From assembly GCA_016204355.1 (NCBI GenBank), contig JACQKT010000018.1, forward strand, positions 4,987 to 68,986: 64,000 nucleotides of DNA, in the 5' to 3' direction. Position numbers and translations under genes: made by a program. The notes below the pieces were generated by a model. That model worked only from the letters and a program-made list of their open reading frames with translations. It did no database searches and was not told the origin of the DNA. Source of the stretch: Candidatus Liptonbacteria bacterium (GTDB taxonomy: Bacteria > Patescibacteriota > Minisyncoccia > UBA6257 > 2-01-FULL-56-20). Below are positions 63,211 through 64,000 of this stretch, one piece after another (the first letter of the stretch is position 1; the number at the start of each line of letters is the position of its first letter).

Positions 63211-64000
63211 ATGAACCTATCTTCAAAGCAGACAGTTATCATAGGAACGACAATAGCCGTTCTTTTGCTTATCGCAGTATTGGTTCTCTTCAATCTTCGC
63301 CCCAGCGAAACTGCGGGAGTGCAGCTCGTGATGTGGGGCTTTGAAAAAGAAACTGTCATAAAGCCCATCATAAGCGCGTACAGACAATCGCATCCGAACG
63401 TAAACGTAACTTATAAGGAGGTAAGTAAAAATAATTATGAAACTACGCTCCTGAACGCGCTTGCGTCGGGACAGGGGCCGGATATTTTTCCGGTTCATAA
63501 CAGAAGTCTGATAAAAAACGCCAACGTTCTTTATCCTGCGCCGCCTTCGCAGTTCAACACGAGCCAGCTTGAAAATCTTTTCCCCGCCGAAGTCGCGCAG
63601 GATTTCGTTTTGACATCCGGCGGCAATACCCAAACCCGTCAGGTGTACGCGTTGCCTACTTATTTCGATACTCTTTCTTTGATTTACAACAAAGAATTGT
63701 TTGACCAGGCGGGAATCGCGAATCCCCCGTCGACATGGGAACAGTTTCAGTCCGATATTCCCAAATTGCGGATAATTTCCGTAAGTGGACAAATAACGAG
63801 AGCGGGCGCCGCTCTGGGAGGTTCGCAAAAAACGGTGACAAACGCGGTTGATATTTTGAACGCGATAATGCTTCAAAACGGGGTCGCAATGACGACCGGA
63901 AATTACGCGTCGTTCGCTTCCGAAAAGGGAATCGGCGCTTTTAACTTTTACCTTCGTTTCGCGGATTCCGGTTCCACCTATTACACATGGAACGAAACCC
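63211..64000 (+). CDS. extracellular solute-binding protein (ABC transporter substrate-binding, family 1-like), 3' partial
   Basis: ATG at 63211 with an open frame to the window end (hand-translated, no stops). N-terminal signal-anchor, then an SBP-like sequence (…GQGPDIFPVHN…YALPTYFDTLSLIYNKELF…). Not in the ORF track because it has no stop. Confidence 0.55.
   Translation, partial: MNLSSKQTVIIGTTIAVLLLIAVLVLFNLRPSETAGVQLVMWGFEKETVIKPIISAYRQSHPNVNVTYKEVSKNNYETTLLNALASGQGPDIFPVHNRSLIKNANVLYPAPPSQFNTSQLENLFPAEVAQDFVLTSGGNTQTRQVYALPTYFDTLSLIYNKELFDQAGIANPPSTWEQFQSDIPKLRIISVSGQITRAGAALGGSQKTVTNAVDILNAIMLQNGVAMTTGNYASFASEKGIGAFNFYLRFADSGSTYYTWNET

Noticed and set aside
1-64000. CRISPR arrays, transposases, integrases, reverse transcriptases (including a diversity-generating retroelement (DGR) that might target the large surface protein)
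   Set aside because: No spacer-repeat periodicity and no ORF with DDE, tyrosine/serine recombinase or RT motifs was seen on either strand. The repeats present are the palindromic element family described above, not CRISPR repeats.

Overview
The window is a dense, mostly housekeeping stretch of a small bacterial genome with overall GC near 45-50% and local excursions to about 58%. Encoded housekeeping genes are cca, pheS, pcm, lepA, murD, gatCA, ligA, hup, clpB, a cysteine desulfurase, guaA, ftsK, recA, pnp, rpsO and gyrA. A complete type IV pilus/competence cluster (pilM, pilN- and pilO-like genes, pilB, pilT, pilC, a major pilin, the prepilin peptidase pilD and three further pilin-like genes) sits next to comF. 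There are also an ECF sigma/anti-sigma pair, a giant Ser/Thr-rich surface protein carrying a peptidoglycan-binding domain, and seven tRNA genes that I folded by hand. The gene content and compaction would fit a streamlined Patescibacteria/CPR-like organism, but this is inference only. The most unusual signal is not a protein. It is a family of short palindromic elements built from ATGCGAAT / TACGAAT half-sites and their complements. They sit between stop and start codons at eight or more loci. One 45-nt copy lies in-frame inside murD. A different GC-rich palindromic insertion, bounded by its own inverted repeats, lies in-frame inside the cysteine desulfurase gene. Other observations: a 90-aa GIY-YIG nuclease gene bracketed by perfect 20-bp inverted repeats, next to a 440-bp gene-free structured segment ending in an intrinsic terminator; 46-bp perfect direct repeats flanking a small membrane-protein ORF upstream of gyrA; a GC-rich orphan gene with its own terminator beside tRNA-Gly; a putative RNase (NYN) between rpsO and pnp; and an AT-rich islet after recA carrying two small ORFs. 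No CRISPR array, transposase or reverse transcriptase was found. Hand-derived coordinates (tRNAs, repeats, terminators) may be off by 1-2 nt.
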